A stretch of 64,000 nucleotides of DNA from Octopus vulgaris (GCA_951406725.2 OX597830.1:34162001-34226000); one strand, 5' to 3'; counted from the stretch's first letter, positions 26,930-41,564 are shown. Notes: a model not told the origin generated them from the sequence alone. Numbers and translations: made by a program.

Positions 26930-27400
26930 AACCCTCTTTAGAATCCTTGTTGCTCCTAACAAGGCTGTTTTCTGTAACAACCCCGTCCTGATGGTAATTT
27001 GTTGCAGTTTCTTAAGCCATGCATCTAACATTTTACCAACTGCTCCCAGAGCACCAACCACAATCGGTACCACTTCTACATGTTTGATTCTCCATAGTTT
27101 CTTGTTTTCCATCTTTAGCTCTTGATATTTTCCCCTTTCTCACTTACCTTCTCATTAACCCCATGTTCCACAGTGAAGCTATATCCACAATGATTACTTC
27201 ACTCTTCTTTTATACAATAACAATGTCAGGTTTTCTAGCCACAACAACATGGTTACACTGGACAGTCATGTCCTGCAAGATCTTATATTTTTCATTTTCA
27301 GTGACCATTTCCATTTGGTGCTCATACCATTTTCTCACTTCTGTTCATGTCGTACTTGTGACAGAGTTTCCAGTGAACCGATCTAGTAGTTTTGTAATTA
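26930..27400 (-). pseudogene. 3' fragment of an R4/Dong-like non-LTR retrotransposon (restriction-like endonuclease domain)
   Basis: KWYEH...ENEKYKILQDMTVQCNHVVVARKPDIVIV*KKSEVIIVDI...KYQEL...VVPIVVGALG...LQKTALLGATRILKRVL; PD..D/E motif of RLE-type LINEs. Confidence 0.85.
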
Positions 27401-27489
27401 CTTCACTTGCACTCTTTCTTTTCTCCAGACAATCTCTCAACATCAATTCTTGCCTCATTTTGCTTCTCTGTCTATATATATATATTCTT

Positions 27490-27851
27490 TTACATTTTGC
27501 AGTCATTTGACTGTGGCCATGCCAGAGCGCTGCTTTTAGTCGAGAGAATCAACCCCAGGACTTAGTCTTTGTAAGCCTAGTACTTAACTTATTCTATTGG
27601 TTTCTTTAGCCGAACCACTAAGTTACAGGGACGTAAATACACCAACATCAGTTGTCAAGCGAAGGTGGGGGACAAACACAGACATACACACACACATATA
27701 TATACGATGGGCTTCTTTCAGTTTCCACTCACAAGGTTTTGGTTGGTCTGAGGCTATAGTACAAGACACTAGTCAAGGTGCCACTCAGTGGGAATGAACC
27801 CAGAACCATGTGGATGGTAAGCAAGCTACTCGCCACACAGCCACTCCTGCA

Positions 27852-27885
<34 letters not shown>

Positions 27886-28033
27886 ATGGGCTTCTTTCAG
27901 TTTCTGACTACCAAATCCACTCACATGGTTTTGGTCTGCATGAGGCTATAGAAGAAGACACTTGCCCAAGATGGGAATGAACCTGGAACTATGTGGTTGG
28001 TAAGCAAGCCACTTACCACACAGCCACTCCGGC
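27490..28033 (-). mobile_element. SINE family A copy plus an extra head fragment
   Basis: Reverse matches at 27490-27855 and 27885-28033. Confidence 0.8.
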
Positions 28034-28589
28034 AATATATTTCCCTCACTCTTTTCCTTTCTCTCTATTGTCTCTACATCTCTTTCTACATCACTCAATT
28101 AGTATTTACCTCTTATCTTTAACTATATTTTCTTTTGTAACCCCTATTCTTCTACCTTTCCCCCTTACTTATCACTTTTCATGCACACACACATACACAT
28201 ACAAACACACACTCACGTGTATGTTTTATAACCGCCCTATATATACACACATATGTGTCCTCTAATCCTCTGCACACCCTCTCCCCATCCTCTACCTCCA
28301 TATTTCTGCTTGTCTCTTCTCTTTCCCCACCCTAAAAATCAGACTAATTACTCCTGACTTCTTCAATATAATTTAAGTGTTGCTACACACACACACACAA
28401 CACACATCATCCACACACACATATTTGTATGTATATATATATGTATATACATATATGTATAATGCAAATAGATATATAACCTCAAATTAAGTTTTCTTTA
28501 AAAACTATTTCTGTTTAATTTTTTGTTCACTTTAATTATTTCAATTTTCCTTTACCGCTTTTTATCTTATGATATAATTATAATTTCTC

Positions 28590-28625
<36 letters not shown>

Positions 28626-28744
28626 CACACATACATATATATAGTATGTATATAGGTAGATAGATAGATAGAGAGAGAGAGATTGCTAGATAGATAGATA
28701 GATAGATAGATTGATAAGTAGGTACGCATTTGTGTGTATGTGCA

Positions 28745-28794
<50 letters not shown>

Positions 28795-29174
28795 GTTTTA
28801 TTAAAAAATTATTTGTTTAATATTGTTGTTTTTGCTTAGTATTTTTATTTTTTGCTTTATTATTTTTTCTTATATCATAATTATGATTTCTCTCATCTTT
28901 CACTTTTTTTAATTCATTTTCGCCTGAATTTCTTTTCTTTTGTTAAACATTTTACAAAATTATTCTTCCATCAATTATCATGCTTAAATTAATTCTTTTC
29001 TTTCCTTGCTGCTGCCACATCTTTGATTCCCCACCTCCCTTCTCTCACAATACTCCTTGACTCAATCTGCTAGTCTTTGTCTCTCTCTCTATCTCTCTGT
29101 CTTCCTCTCTCCTTCTCTCTTAAATGTCTTTCTCATACAACTTATTCTCTCCCTCATCCTATATGTGTATGCAT

Positions 29175-29397
29175 TCTTTTACTAGTTTCAGTCATTTGAC
29201 TGTGGCCATGCTGGAGCACCGCCCTTAGTCGACCAATCGACTCCGGGACTTATTCTTTGTAAGCCTAGTACTTATTCTATCGGACTGTTTTGCCAAACCG
29301 CTAAGTTACAGGGACATAAACACACCAAAGCGATGGTGAGCAACAAACACTGACGCACAAACACACACACACACAAATATACACATATACACACATA

Positions 29398-29440
<43 letters not shown>

Positions 29441-29595
29441 CCTTCTTTCAGTTTTCATCTCCCAAATCCAGTCACGAGGATTTGGTCGACCCAAGACTAT
29501 AGTAGAAGACACTTGCTCAAAGTGCTACGCAGTGGAACTGAACCCGAAACCATGTGGCTGGGAAGCAACCTTCTTACCACACACCCACGGCCATA
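29175..29595 (-). mobile_element. SINE family A
   Basis: Reverse match to family A. Confidence 0.8.
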
Positions 29596-29666
29596 TACAT
29601 ATACATATACACACTCTATATACAAATTATATATATATATATAATGCATGTGTATATGTATTTTTT

Positions 29667-29701
<35 letters not shown>

Positions 29702-30099
29702 CATATAAAACTTCTGAATACCCCACTTCCCTTTCCTTCCAACTAGTATCTCTTCTTCCTTCTATCTGCTTCACATTCTATTCTACTTTCTGTTATTATT
29801 ATTATATTGAAAATAAAATAAACTTACCACTACACTTAATGTGGTTGATGGTGGTGGTGGCGATGATGATGATGATTATAGTAGTAATAGTAGTAGTAGT
29901 AGTAGTAGTAGTTGTAGTAGTAGTTTGCAGTAGCTATAATTGATGCTGGTATTGTCGCTGTCGTTTCATTTTTGCCAGTCTTATTTTTATTAATTTTGTG
30001 TAATTTTGCTGTTTTTCTTTTAGGGTGGGGGTTGGAGGTTCATAAGTTTGTTTCTTTGTTTTTCTTCATTTTTTCTTTTTCTGCCTCTCTTTCTTTCTT

Positions 30100-30130
<31 letters not shown>

Positions 30131-31112
30131 TTTCTCTCTCACTTTTCATGTATTTTTCTTCATCTACTTCTTGCTCTAGTTTCACTCTTTCTACTTTTCT
30201 TATTCTCTCTCTCCACTCTCTCTCTCCCCTCCTCTCTCTCTCTCCCCCCCTCTCTCTCTCCTTCCTTCCTTTCTTTTCTTCTTTGTCTCTTCCTGCATTT
30301 TACTTCCTTTCTTTTCCTTTTCTCTATCGCCGTCTGTCTTTCTTTTCTTTGTCATTTCTGACAAGTTTTGCTTCATTAAGTCTTTCAGTCAATTAAAAGT
30401 TCAATATAATTATCTGATTACATTATTAATTGCTGTCAATCAAATTGCAAGTCTCTCATGCAATTTCTGCAAATTTTTTGACTTTTTATGTTATTTTCTA
30501 TCATTATAGTAATTATTATTTTTTTATTTTATTCCTCAATCTTAAGTTTTCTGTCTAATTTAAACTATCAATGCATCATCCTCTCTTGTTTTCATCATTG
30601 ATTTTTATATTTTATTTTTAATTATACTCTTCTGCTTTATTTTACCATTTTTCTTATATTCTAATTTTTAAAATTTTAAATATATATTTAAATCTTTCCC
30701 TTTCTCTCTCTCTCACCCCTCTCTCACTCTGTCTATTATTTTTCTTTTTTAATCTAATATAACTTAAAACCCCCAAAACCCCCCAACATATATTCTCCTT
30801 GTACTGAAATTCATGGTTCTCTTATTAATTACAAAATAATTACACACGCCTAGTAACACATGCACACATTCACACACATGCATACACATATTGTTATGTC
30901 TATATGTGTGTGCGTATGTATGTATATATATATATATATATATATGTTGCACACACGTCTGTTGTTGTCTCAGTGTGGTACAGGATGTGTGTTTCTGTTA
31001 GTAGTATTAGTTGTAATATAGAACTATTATTAATAAACCGTTGGTTGCACAGAGGTGGAAGAAAGGAGAAAGGAAAAATAAAAAGGAAGAAGGAATGAAA
31101 GCAAGGAAAAAT

Positions 31113-31161
<49 letters not shown>

Positions 31162-32039
31162 TTGTGAAAAAAGAGAAGATAGATAGATTACGAGAGGGAA
31201 GAGGGCAAAGAGAGAGGGAAGAGTGAGTGAGAGAGAGGCCATCAAATTCTGAGTACATAATTACAGAAATTTCATAATTTTCATATCTGTCATTATCATA
31301 ATTTCGTATGGATGATTGTCAGTTGTGTTTCATTATTTTCATTTGGATGTGCTATGTTTGTGTGTGTGTGTAGAAGCACATTTGTTAATAATTTCATCTT
31401 GCAATCATAAGGTGTGAGAGTCGATCCTACTTTGTGGCATCTTGTGTAAGTATTCTTTTCTACTCGAGACACAAGGCCTGAAAGTTTTGGGGAGTCTGAC
31501 CAGTCGATTAGATCGACCCCAGTATGCAACTGGTACTTAATTTATCAATCCCAAAAGGATGAAAGGCAAAGTTGACCTCGTCAGAATTTATCATGAGTAA
31601 ATATCGTTAAACAGCATTAGGTGAAGCTTATATTTTGCAAGAGAAATTGGGCAAATGGAAACAGTACAGGAATACCTGTTGAATTGACTATAATACCAGT
31701 AATACAAAGGACCAGCATTGTCATGCATTTTGTCTCACTGATTGAGCATGAGAATTACGTTAACATATGTCAGTATGTTCCTCAGGCATTTTCATGAAAA
31801 TTTGAATAAACAAGTTGGTCGTTTATCTGATTGAATAACTGAATCCATATTGTCAAAACTGATACAGATCCATTTACCATATATATACATATATACATCC
31901 ATACATAAACCCTACACACATACATACATACATACATAAACACTACACACATAAATACACACACACACACATACATATATACATACACACTAACATGCAT
32001 ACACACATACATACATACATACATACATACATACATACA

Positions 32040-32075
<36 letters not shown>

Positions 32076-32804
32076 TAGGTATGTACTTATATGTACATAT
32101 GTGTGTGTGTATTTCAAACCAAAATTACGAAAATGCTTTGAAAACTTTATCATGGATAAAAGAAAGCAAATTTACATTTTTAGCAAAATATGCTACCAGC
32201 TTCAATCATTCTAAAAGACGATTTAGTCATGTTGAAATAAAAAGGAAAACAAATCTTTCATGTTGTCAATTCTGGAAGTTCACCTGCTATACTTTAGTGT
32301 TGATATTTCATTTCCATCTGATTACTGCTGGGAAGTAGTTGTAGCAGTAGCAGCAGCAATGCTAATGGCTGTAGTACTCATGGTATTGATTGTATCAGTA
32401 TAAAGTGGTAGCTGTGGCTGGTTCAGAAAATGCTGCTGTAAGGATGATGATAGTTGTCTTGCATTTTCTCCGACAGTTATTTAGAAGGGATCAGTATTGA
32501 TAAATTTGCTTAAAGCAGAAATAAAAACTGACGCATGGATTCCATTTGACACAAAATTAAATATACTGTAGTAATATGAAACAAGCTGAAGGAAAGAATC
32601 AATCCAAGAATCTGATAAAAATGGTTTTGAAATTTTCTTTAAGAAAAAATACTTCTGCATTAAATTTTAAAATGCTCAATTGACTGTCAAGTACTGGGAC
32701 CAATATAATCAATAAATATTTCCCTGAGAAATTTTTGGTTTTGTGATAAAGATGAAAGTCTAAATTGACCTTTTCAGTTCAACTTCGCCTTTTTATTCTA
32801 TACG

Positions 32805-33180
32805 TGCAGGAGTGGCTGTGTGGTAAGTAGCTTGCTTACCAACCACATGGTTCTGGATTCAGTCCCACTGCATGGCACCTTGGGCAAGTGTCTTCTACTA
32901 TAGCATCGGGGCGACCAAAGCCTTGTGAGTGGATTTGGTAGATGGAAACTGAAAGAAGCCCGTCATATATATATATGTGTGTGTGTCTGTGTTTGTCCCC
33001 TAACATCACTTGACAACCAATTCTGTTGTGTTTATGTCCCCATAACTTAGCAGTTCAGCAAAAGAGACTGATAGAATAAGTACTAGGCTTACAAAGAATA
33101 GTCAATTTCTTCAACTAAAGGCGGTGCTCCAGCATGGCCACAGTCAAATGACTGAAACGTAAAAGACTAAAAGAGTAAAA
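32805..33180 (+). mobile_element. SINE family A (well preserved)
   Basis: A-box TGGCTGTGTGG, B-box GGATTCAGTCCC, tail GTAAAAGACTAAAAGAGTAAAA. Confidence 0.9.
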
Positions 33181-34722
33181 GTGTTGAGGTCCATAAAGTT
33201 AAGCACTAGTCTAAGTGACAGTATCTACGGAATTGATTAACCCCATTTTCCTAAAAACCTCCTAGCCTTGTCCCTATACCAGAAGCTGTTATTATTAACT
33301 CATTCATTTAAAACACCCGACTGTGTGGTGTCATTATCATTATAGTCGTCATCTTCATCACCATTTAACATGCATGTTCCATGTTGGCAAAGGTTGGATG
33401 CTTTGACAGAATCCATCAGCATCTTACTCCAATGTCTGCTTTAGTAAAGTCTTTATGACTGGATGACCTTCCTAACATCAACCACTATACTGATCGTACT
33501 AGAGCGTTGTTTTTTATTTTGCTTGTTTACATGGCACCAGCATTAGAGTAGTCACTGTACAGCTTGCAAGATTAACATCCCCTTGAACTAAGTGGGAATA
33601 GAGTAGAGAGAGAAGTGGCTTTTTGCTCAGTGATGAAGGGTTAAAGTGTGAACAAAGGGGTCAGAATAAGTTTCTTGCTATAGAGGAGCCACACGATTAT
33701 TCATATCATAAATGAGAGGGTTGAAGAGAGGCCACAGAGGAGCTGGAAGGAAAGGGAAATACTGATGAGGATGTATCAAGGTGGATCTTGAGATATAAGG
33801 TGAGTAAAAGTGAGTGGGTGCAAAGGAACAGGAAGTGTGGAGGGGTGGAGTTTGCAAGAGTGTATAGGAGAGTGAGAGATGGTTAGAGATAAGGAATGGG
33901 TGAGGAGATGAATATGATAAAGAAAAAGTGTTGAAGGATGATAAGTAGGGAAGAGTAGGTGACAACTGTAGGGATTGGATAGTGTTGAGTGATGACCAAT
34001 GATACATGAGATTGGGAGGTAAGGGAGAGAAATATGACTGTCAGTGTAGAAAAAGGGTGGGTGAGGTAAAGAGCAGCAGAATAGTAATAATCATACAAAG
34101 GACAAGAGAAGAATGAGAGAGGAAGAGAGAGAGAGATAATATGTGGTTAGGTAGGATGTCAGAGTGTAGGGCCAAATTAGTAAATGGGGTTGAAAGAAAT
34201 GTATGAAAGAGAGATTGATGGTGTCTGAAAGGGATGATCAATGTAAACTATGGGTGGAGAGGAAAGCATTAAAAATGAAAGAGGTACATATTGATGTTGG
34301 CAAAAATGTTACTTTCTCTGAAGAGTATTATTACACATACTTTAACATGTATAATTGTAGTAAATACATTATTAATGCATTTGTTGTTATTTGTTATATA
34401 GGAAAAAATATTTGCTAGAATTATTGTTTCTTTCCTAATTGAAAAAGTTCAGAGAATTTATAAACATTGTTTATTGGAAATTTTACAATTAAATAACAAT
34501 TCTGCTTTAATGTTAAATTTTGGTTTTTAGTACAACTTAAAATCTATTTTTTCATTAGTAAATCTCAGTATATTTTTTCCGATTTTTGTATATAGATTTT
34601 TATTTAAGCCTTCATTAACACTTGTGTGTGTGTGTGCCTCTCGCTCTCTCACTTTTGCTCTCCCATTCTCGCACTCTCTTCCTCCCTCTCTCTCTCCTCT
34701 TTCTTTCTCTTTATATATATAC

Positions 34723-34761
<39 letters not shown>

Positions 34762-35411
34762 CATGCCCATATATCTGCGTGTATGCATCCATACTTATAC
34801 GAGTGTGTACTTAGATGTACATTCACACATCTGCACGTGTGCACACATGAAGGCAGACAAGCACACACATGCACGCACACATATTTGCATGCATGCACAC
34901 ATATATACACACACATGTGTGTGCCTTTATCTCCATGCACCTATGCACATGCACACACGCATATGGGAGCATGTACACATGCATGCATGCACGAGTGTGC
35001 ATGTGTACATACATGCACATGCATGGGTGTACATGTATATGGGCATATACATGTGCATATATATACATATATACCCCTACACCTACTGCCTCTTCCTACT
35101 TCTTCCCACCCACATGATCAATTACTTGTCCACCAGGTGGTCAATTTCCTGTTCACCATACAGTATTTTCCAACTAATTGTTGTTGCTGAAATACTGATA
35201 TCAAACCACTAATCTGTGTGACCTTCCTTCTCCAGTCACAGGCTAACCTCCTGTAATAAACATTGCATCTCTTCAGTTGAACAGTCATCCAGACCCCGGT
35301 GGCTGAAGACTAGCTACACACTTGAAAATTAGAGTACCAAGGAGTCTGAATCAAACTGGCTTTAATCTATACAAAAATATGTTGAGTGCCCTTCTTACAT
35401 TTGTCTTCTCA

Positions 35412-35454
<43 letters not shown>

Positions 35455-35640
35455 CCATGATAGATCTCTAGTCACTACACATTCTTTATTTTCTCTCCTT
35501 GTTTCTTTCTGTGTTCTTTTCTGTGGAAGAGCGTATACACAAAACGTTAAAGACTTTTTCACTTCCCGAGCATTAAACTAATACATCTGTTTGTTGTCTA
35601 CACCACCTGTCTTTGTCTTTTGTTTTTTTTTGTGAATTCT

Positions 35641-35643
<3 letters not shown>
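35455..35643 (+). mobile_element. Short repeat in a (TA)n tract with degenerate hammerhead-like motif
   Basis: Related copy on the minus strand at about 39455-39620; motif TTTT CTGTGGA A GAG...AAAACGTT AAAG at 35517-35552. Confidence 0.55.
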
Positions 35644-35679
<36 letters not shown>

Positions 35680-35693
<14 letters not shown>

Positions 35694-36106
35694 CCATTCT
35701 GTCTGTGTGTGTGTCATCTGATTGTGTTCAAATTTGATATGTCGATACCGACGGTATCATGGCATGTATAAGTCTTGAAAAAATTACAAAAGTTGATTCC
35801 AGGTGAGAATGCCATCGATAAAGCCGTGGGAACGTGCATTTGTACGCACAAGTACATCAGCTGTTGCGATGTACTTCCTGGTACTTTAAACTCTTCAGCT
35901 GCATATTTGTGTGAATAAAATCGTTTTTCTTTGGAACAGAAAAAGTCTATCTTTATTTCTTCTTTTGCCGGTATTTCAAATTTAGGTTAAAACAGTGCTT
36001 CTCAAAGGGGAGGCCTATGGAACGGTCGTACAAGTTGTTTTGAGAAAATTTGGTTTAAATGTTTGACAACTCAGTCCCGTCCATTCGATGGGGGGCATTT
36101 TGCTCG
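35680..36106 (+). mobile_element. Non-autonomous Helitron-like element
   Basis: 5' TATATAAAA...CTGTCTGTGTG like the 5' end of 45285-46856; 3' hairpin CCCGTC/GATGGG followed by CTCG then T. Confidence 0.5.
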
Positions 36107-36720
36107 TATGTATGTATATATATATAAATTAGAGAAAAACCACTATTATGCAATTCAAACAATGATTAACATAAACCAAATCATAAATAAAAAATAAAAT
36201 ATATTTTTTAAAACATATAACTAGTTTTCAAGAATTACAAAATTGAATAATCAATATATAATAAGTGAAAAACCTACATATATTCATGGCTATAATTAAA
36301 TTCAAATTACAATTAAATTTAAATTTAATCGAAAATCTATTCAATTTAAAATTATAGTCACTTTTCAGGTTAACAATAATAACAATAATAGTTAAATAAA
36401 TAAGCAAACAGAATTAAACAATATATATATTTATATTGTGAAATTTGATTTAATACTAAATTGAATTTTTCCCTATAAGTTTGGAGTTATACTCCCTAAT
36501 ATTTCATATATATATATATACATATATATATCATCATCATTGTTTAATATCCTTCATGTTGGTATGGGTTGAACAGTTTGACAGGAGCTGGCCAAGCAGG
36601 AGCCTGCACTAAGCTTCTGTTGTCTGTTTTGGCTGGGTTTTTATGGCTGGATGTCCTTCCTAATGCCAACTACTCTGTACAGTTGGCTGAGTGCCTTTTT
36701 CTCCATCTATACATACATGC

Positions 36721-36767
<47 letters not shown>

Positions 36768-37055
36768 TGTGTTAAGTACACATGTATGTGTAATACTCCC
36801 TTAGCTAAAAATCATGAGTTACTCAAATTCCTAGATTTTCATGTAAAGGTGCTTTTAATATTTGATATAAGTATTTCGGTACAAAATTCTAGGGCTTTCA
36901 TAACTTCTGTAGTGTTGTTCTTAACAAATAAACTATATACACTTTAATTTATGTATAAAATTCTCCTCGCTCAACTTGTAAAACCAAATATATTTATATG
37001 CATGTATCTATCTATGGATATATATGTATGTATGTAAGTATGTATGTCACTACGA

Positions 37056-37151
37056 TTGTTTCAAACCATTCTTACATTCTTTAATACATAGGTAAGCTGT
37101 TGTGCAACATTTTACCTATGTATTAAAGGGTGTAAGAGTGTTTTGAAACAA
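37056..37151 (+). other. 96-nt near-perfect hairpin
   Basis: 47-position stem: 41 Watson-Crick pairs, 4 G-U, 2 mismatches, 2-nt loop (counted by hand). Confidence 0.9.
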
Positions 37152-37340
37152 ATGAATAGACTTTCAATAAAGAATGTTACTAATTCCATTTTATATCAAT
37201 TCTAATTTTTTTAATAAACTCTGTGGAAACTATGGAATTTCTTATGAATATCCAGAACCAGGAGCATTTCCACTGTATGATGACATCAGGTAGCCAACAA
37301 CATCAGGTAGAAGACGAGCTTTGCATTGCATTCTACAAGA

Positions 37341-37377
<37 letters not shown>

Positions 37378-37911
37378 ATCATCTTCCCATGCTATCCTGG
37401 GTTGCACGATACACACACACACACACATACATATACACACATACATTTATACATTATATATTCTTACCAATATTTTCTTAAGGCACTCATTTCTTTTAAC
37501 CTGTTGGTCTCCTTTGGGTTATTTAAATCAGAGAATATAAGCAAAACAATTGATTAAACTTTTAACACACACTGCCATGGACATATAGACACACATTCAT
37601 GGACACACACACACATGCATACATACATGCACACACACATACATATTCCTTCACACACACACCATAAGCTTAGCTTAGACTTTCACTGTTATAGAATTCT
37701 ATAAAACAATTCCTGAAATGGTGGACTTTAAATTGGAAATAAAAGAATCAATTGTGACTTGAGGCAATAATTGAAAGAATAAATTACGAAAATTCTTCAG
37801 GGGAGGCAAAATTATTATGAAAGACAAAATGGGGTATGCATATGTTGTAACTTGTTTTACCATGTGGGCGGCACTCTGTGTGTATTTATATGTGTATATA
37901 TATATATGTAC

Positions 37912-37952
<41 letters not shown>

Positions 37953-37992
37953 ACACAAATACATATATGTATGTAATTTTACATATGTATTC

Positions 37993-38036
<44 letters not shown>

Positions 38037-39009
38037 TAACACATACATACACACACATGCACACAAACATATTAATTGATGTACACACATACATGCATGC
38101 ACTTTAATATATTGAAACACGTCTATTGCAACTTGTAGAGTTTGTAGCTGGTTGAGTAAAGTAAAAAAGAAAAAAAACATAAGAAGAAACAAACAATAAA
38201 CAAACATAATGATATAAAACAAAAACAAATGACAAACAAAATCATGATTTTTGTTTCTATTACTGTATGTTTTTTTTTCTATTTTTAGTTTTCGTTTTTT
38301 TTTTTTAGGTTTGCTTTATTTTTAATGGTAATATTGAAAGTTTGTTATAATTGCTATTTATGCAGAGTGGAACACTTTAATTACCCAGTGGCATTCTTTT
38401 AGTTAAGGTCACTTATAATATAGTTCTAAAAACAAAGTAAAAACATAAATGTAGATCCTATTCTGAGGCATCAAAACAAATTTCAAGAATTTGCAGAAAT
38501 AAAGATAGATTTACAAAAGAAGTCAATAAAGAAAAAATATATAATCATAAATCAATATTTTTATCAATGATTCTGAAATTCTCATAAGTAATTTTGGCAG
38601 TTCCTCTCTTTGAATTCGGCTCCATTATTTTGCACCTATCTTTTTTTTATTTTTTGTATGGAACTTGGTACTTATTTCATCATCGTCATCATTGCTGATC
38701 TTTTCAATGTCCACAATTTCCATGTTTATATGGGTCACGTAGGTTTCATTAAGGCAGATTTTCTGCCACCTGATGCAATCAAATCTTACCTGCTTCCAAA
38801 CACAGTAATATTTTCCCATGACTAGACATTTTCCACAAAGATTTTCAGTGAGTGATGTCACTTGTATGACAAAGGTATTCACTTGCTATTATCTCATTAT
38901 CTCAAGACAATGGGGACACACACACACGCATATTTCTCTGTCTCTCTCTATATATATGTAGATATATATAAATGTATGTATATATATATATATAATGTAT
39001 ACTCTCCTT

Positions 39010-39218
39010 ACTCTTTTACTTTTTTCAGTCATTTGACTGCGGCCATGCTGGAGTACCGCCTTTAGTCGAGCAAATCGGCTCCGGGACTTATTCTTTGTAA
39101 GCCCAGTACTTATTCTATCGGTCTCTTTTTGCCGAACCGCTAAGTGATGGAGACGTAAACACACCAGCATCAGTTGTCAAGCAATGCTAGGGGGACAAAC
39201 ACAGACACACAAACACAT

Positions 39219-39249
<31 letters not shown>

Positions 39250-39405
39250 CATATATATGACAGGCTTCTTTCAGTTTCCGTCTAGCAAATCCACTCACAA
39301 GGCATTGGTCGGCCTGGGGTTATTGCAGAAGGTGCCACGCAGTGGGACTGAACCCAGAACCATGTGGTTGGTTAGCAAGCTACATACCACACAGCCACTC
39401 CTGCA
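39010..39405 (-). mobile_element. SINE family A
   Basis: Reverse match to family A. Confidence 0.85.
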
Positions 39406-40439
39406 CCACACATATATATGTGTGTGTGCGTGTGTATATATATATATTTATAGTTGAAATTACAGAAAACAAACGACAAAGACAGGTGAAGAAACAACAA
39501 ACAGGTGTATTAGATTGATGTTCGAGAAGAATGGAGAAGTTTTTGACATTTCAAGCCTTTGCTCTGTGACAGAGAGGGTTGAGAGGAAAAAACTGACAGA
39601 GAAAAACATGTGTAGGGATTAATGGTTCAACATGATGAAATGACTGAAATGTGTGTGTGTGTGCGTGTGTGCGTGTGTGTGTGGGTGTGTGTATAAACAT
39701 ACATACACTCACGCACAGTGGGCTTCTTTCAGTTTCCATCAACCAAATTCACTCACAAGGCTTTTTCTGTCACGGTCTATAATAGTTAACATGGGCCCAA
39801 GGTGTTACACTGTAGAATTGAACCTGAAAACACATAGCTGGGAAGCAAACTTCTTAACCAAACATAGATTAATAAAAAATATCTCTTAGTTTACATTGTG
39901 GAAGTCGGAAGATTTTATCTTACTTCAATCCATTCCAAATTCTTTTTATTGTATGTCCACACAGTTAGGGCTGGCATGGGGCAATAATATCTTACCTGGT
40001 CCAGGAATCAAACTCACTACCTCGTGATTATGAATCTGATACTCTAACCACTTAGCTATGCACCTTCATACTCAAGGTATATATAAGGGAAGTGGGACCA
40101 AGGATTGGAAAGAGTGAGTGGGTGGCTAAGTTTGCCAGACTTTGAAAAATGAGTGGGATATGGAGAGGAGACTCTGTAGTGAATGGTTGCAAGTAGAGGG
40201 AGGGGGTGTTAGGAGGATATGTTGTGGGGAAGAGATTTGACAGTGACACATTGGATGCAGGTAAATGCATGATGGTCCAATGGTAGAGTGAGAGATATGG
40301 GTGCATGTATATTTGTATAGGTGTGTATGTGTGTGATTGCATATACCCCCCCCCCCCCGCCACAGTCAATCATATTTATTAATAAATGCAATAAATAAGA
40401 AGGGTACACTGGAAAACACAGCTCTCTCTCTCTTTCCCT

Positions 40440-41025
40440 CTTACTTGTTTCAGTCATTTGACTGCGGCCATACTGGAGCACCACCTTTAGTCAAGCAAAT
40501 CGACCCCAGGATTTTTTCTTTGTAAGCCTAGTACTTATTCTATCGGTCTCTTTTGCCAAACTGCTAAGTTACAGGGACGTAAACACACCAGCATCAGTTG
40601 TCAAGTGATGTTGGGTGGGGGACAAACACAGACACACAAACATATACATAAATACAACTGGCTTCTTTCAGTTTCTGTCTACCAAATCTACTCACAAGGC
40701 TTTGGTCGGCCCGACACTATAGTAGAAGACACTTTCCCAAGGTGCCACACAGTTGGGACTGAACCTGGAACCATGTAGTTTGTAAGCAAGCTACTTACCA
40801 CACAGTTGTCAAGTGATGTTGGGGGGACAAACACAGACACACAAACATATACATAAATACGACGGGCTTCTTTCAGTTTCCGTCTACCAAATCTACTCAC
40901 AAGGCTTTGGTCGGCCCGACACTATAGTAGAAGACACTTGCCCAAGGTGCCACACAGTTGGGACTGAACCTGGAAACATGTAGTTGGTAAGCAAGCTACT
41001 TACCACACAGCCACTCCAGCACCTA
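40440..41025 (-). mobile_element. SINE family A with ~210-bp tandem duplication of the 5' half
   Basis: About 40595-40803 is repeated at about 40803-41010. Confidence 0.85.
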
Positions 41026-41276
41026 GTTAAAATTTTTACTAAACTTGGAGAAAGACCACCAAATGCAGGAACAAATTCGTAAAAATAATGTAATGCAGGA
41101 AACAGTTAAATGTAGGACATAAAAAATAAAATGAAAAGTGAAGGTGGCAAGGAAAAATGTTGAAGCAGATAAAATTCAAAGTGACAAATAAGAAATGTTG
41201 TGACAGATAAAAGTTGTTCATTCAAAGAAGTGTATTGGAAATGACCTGTTAAAAATCAGTTTGACAAATACATAGC

Positions 41277-41307
<31 letters not shown>

Positions 41308-41379
41308 ATATACATACATGCATTCACACACATATATATATGTATATACATACATACATTCACACACACACATACACAT

Positions 41380-41424
<45 letters not shown>

Positions 41425-41516
41425 TGTATGTGTATGTGTGTGTATGTTTAGAAAGAGTTCAAAAGGTTGTTGTTAAAATATGTCAAAATCAATGTGAAAA
41501 TGTTTTCTTTATCATT

Positions 41517-41564
<48 letters not shown>

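Noticed and set aside
36125-36505. AT-rich element in (TA)n with ends similar to 4545-4620, possibly another Penelope-like terminus
   Set aside because: No hammerhead core or coding remnant visible, so it cannot be classified
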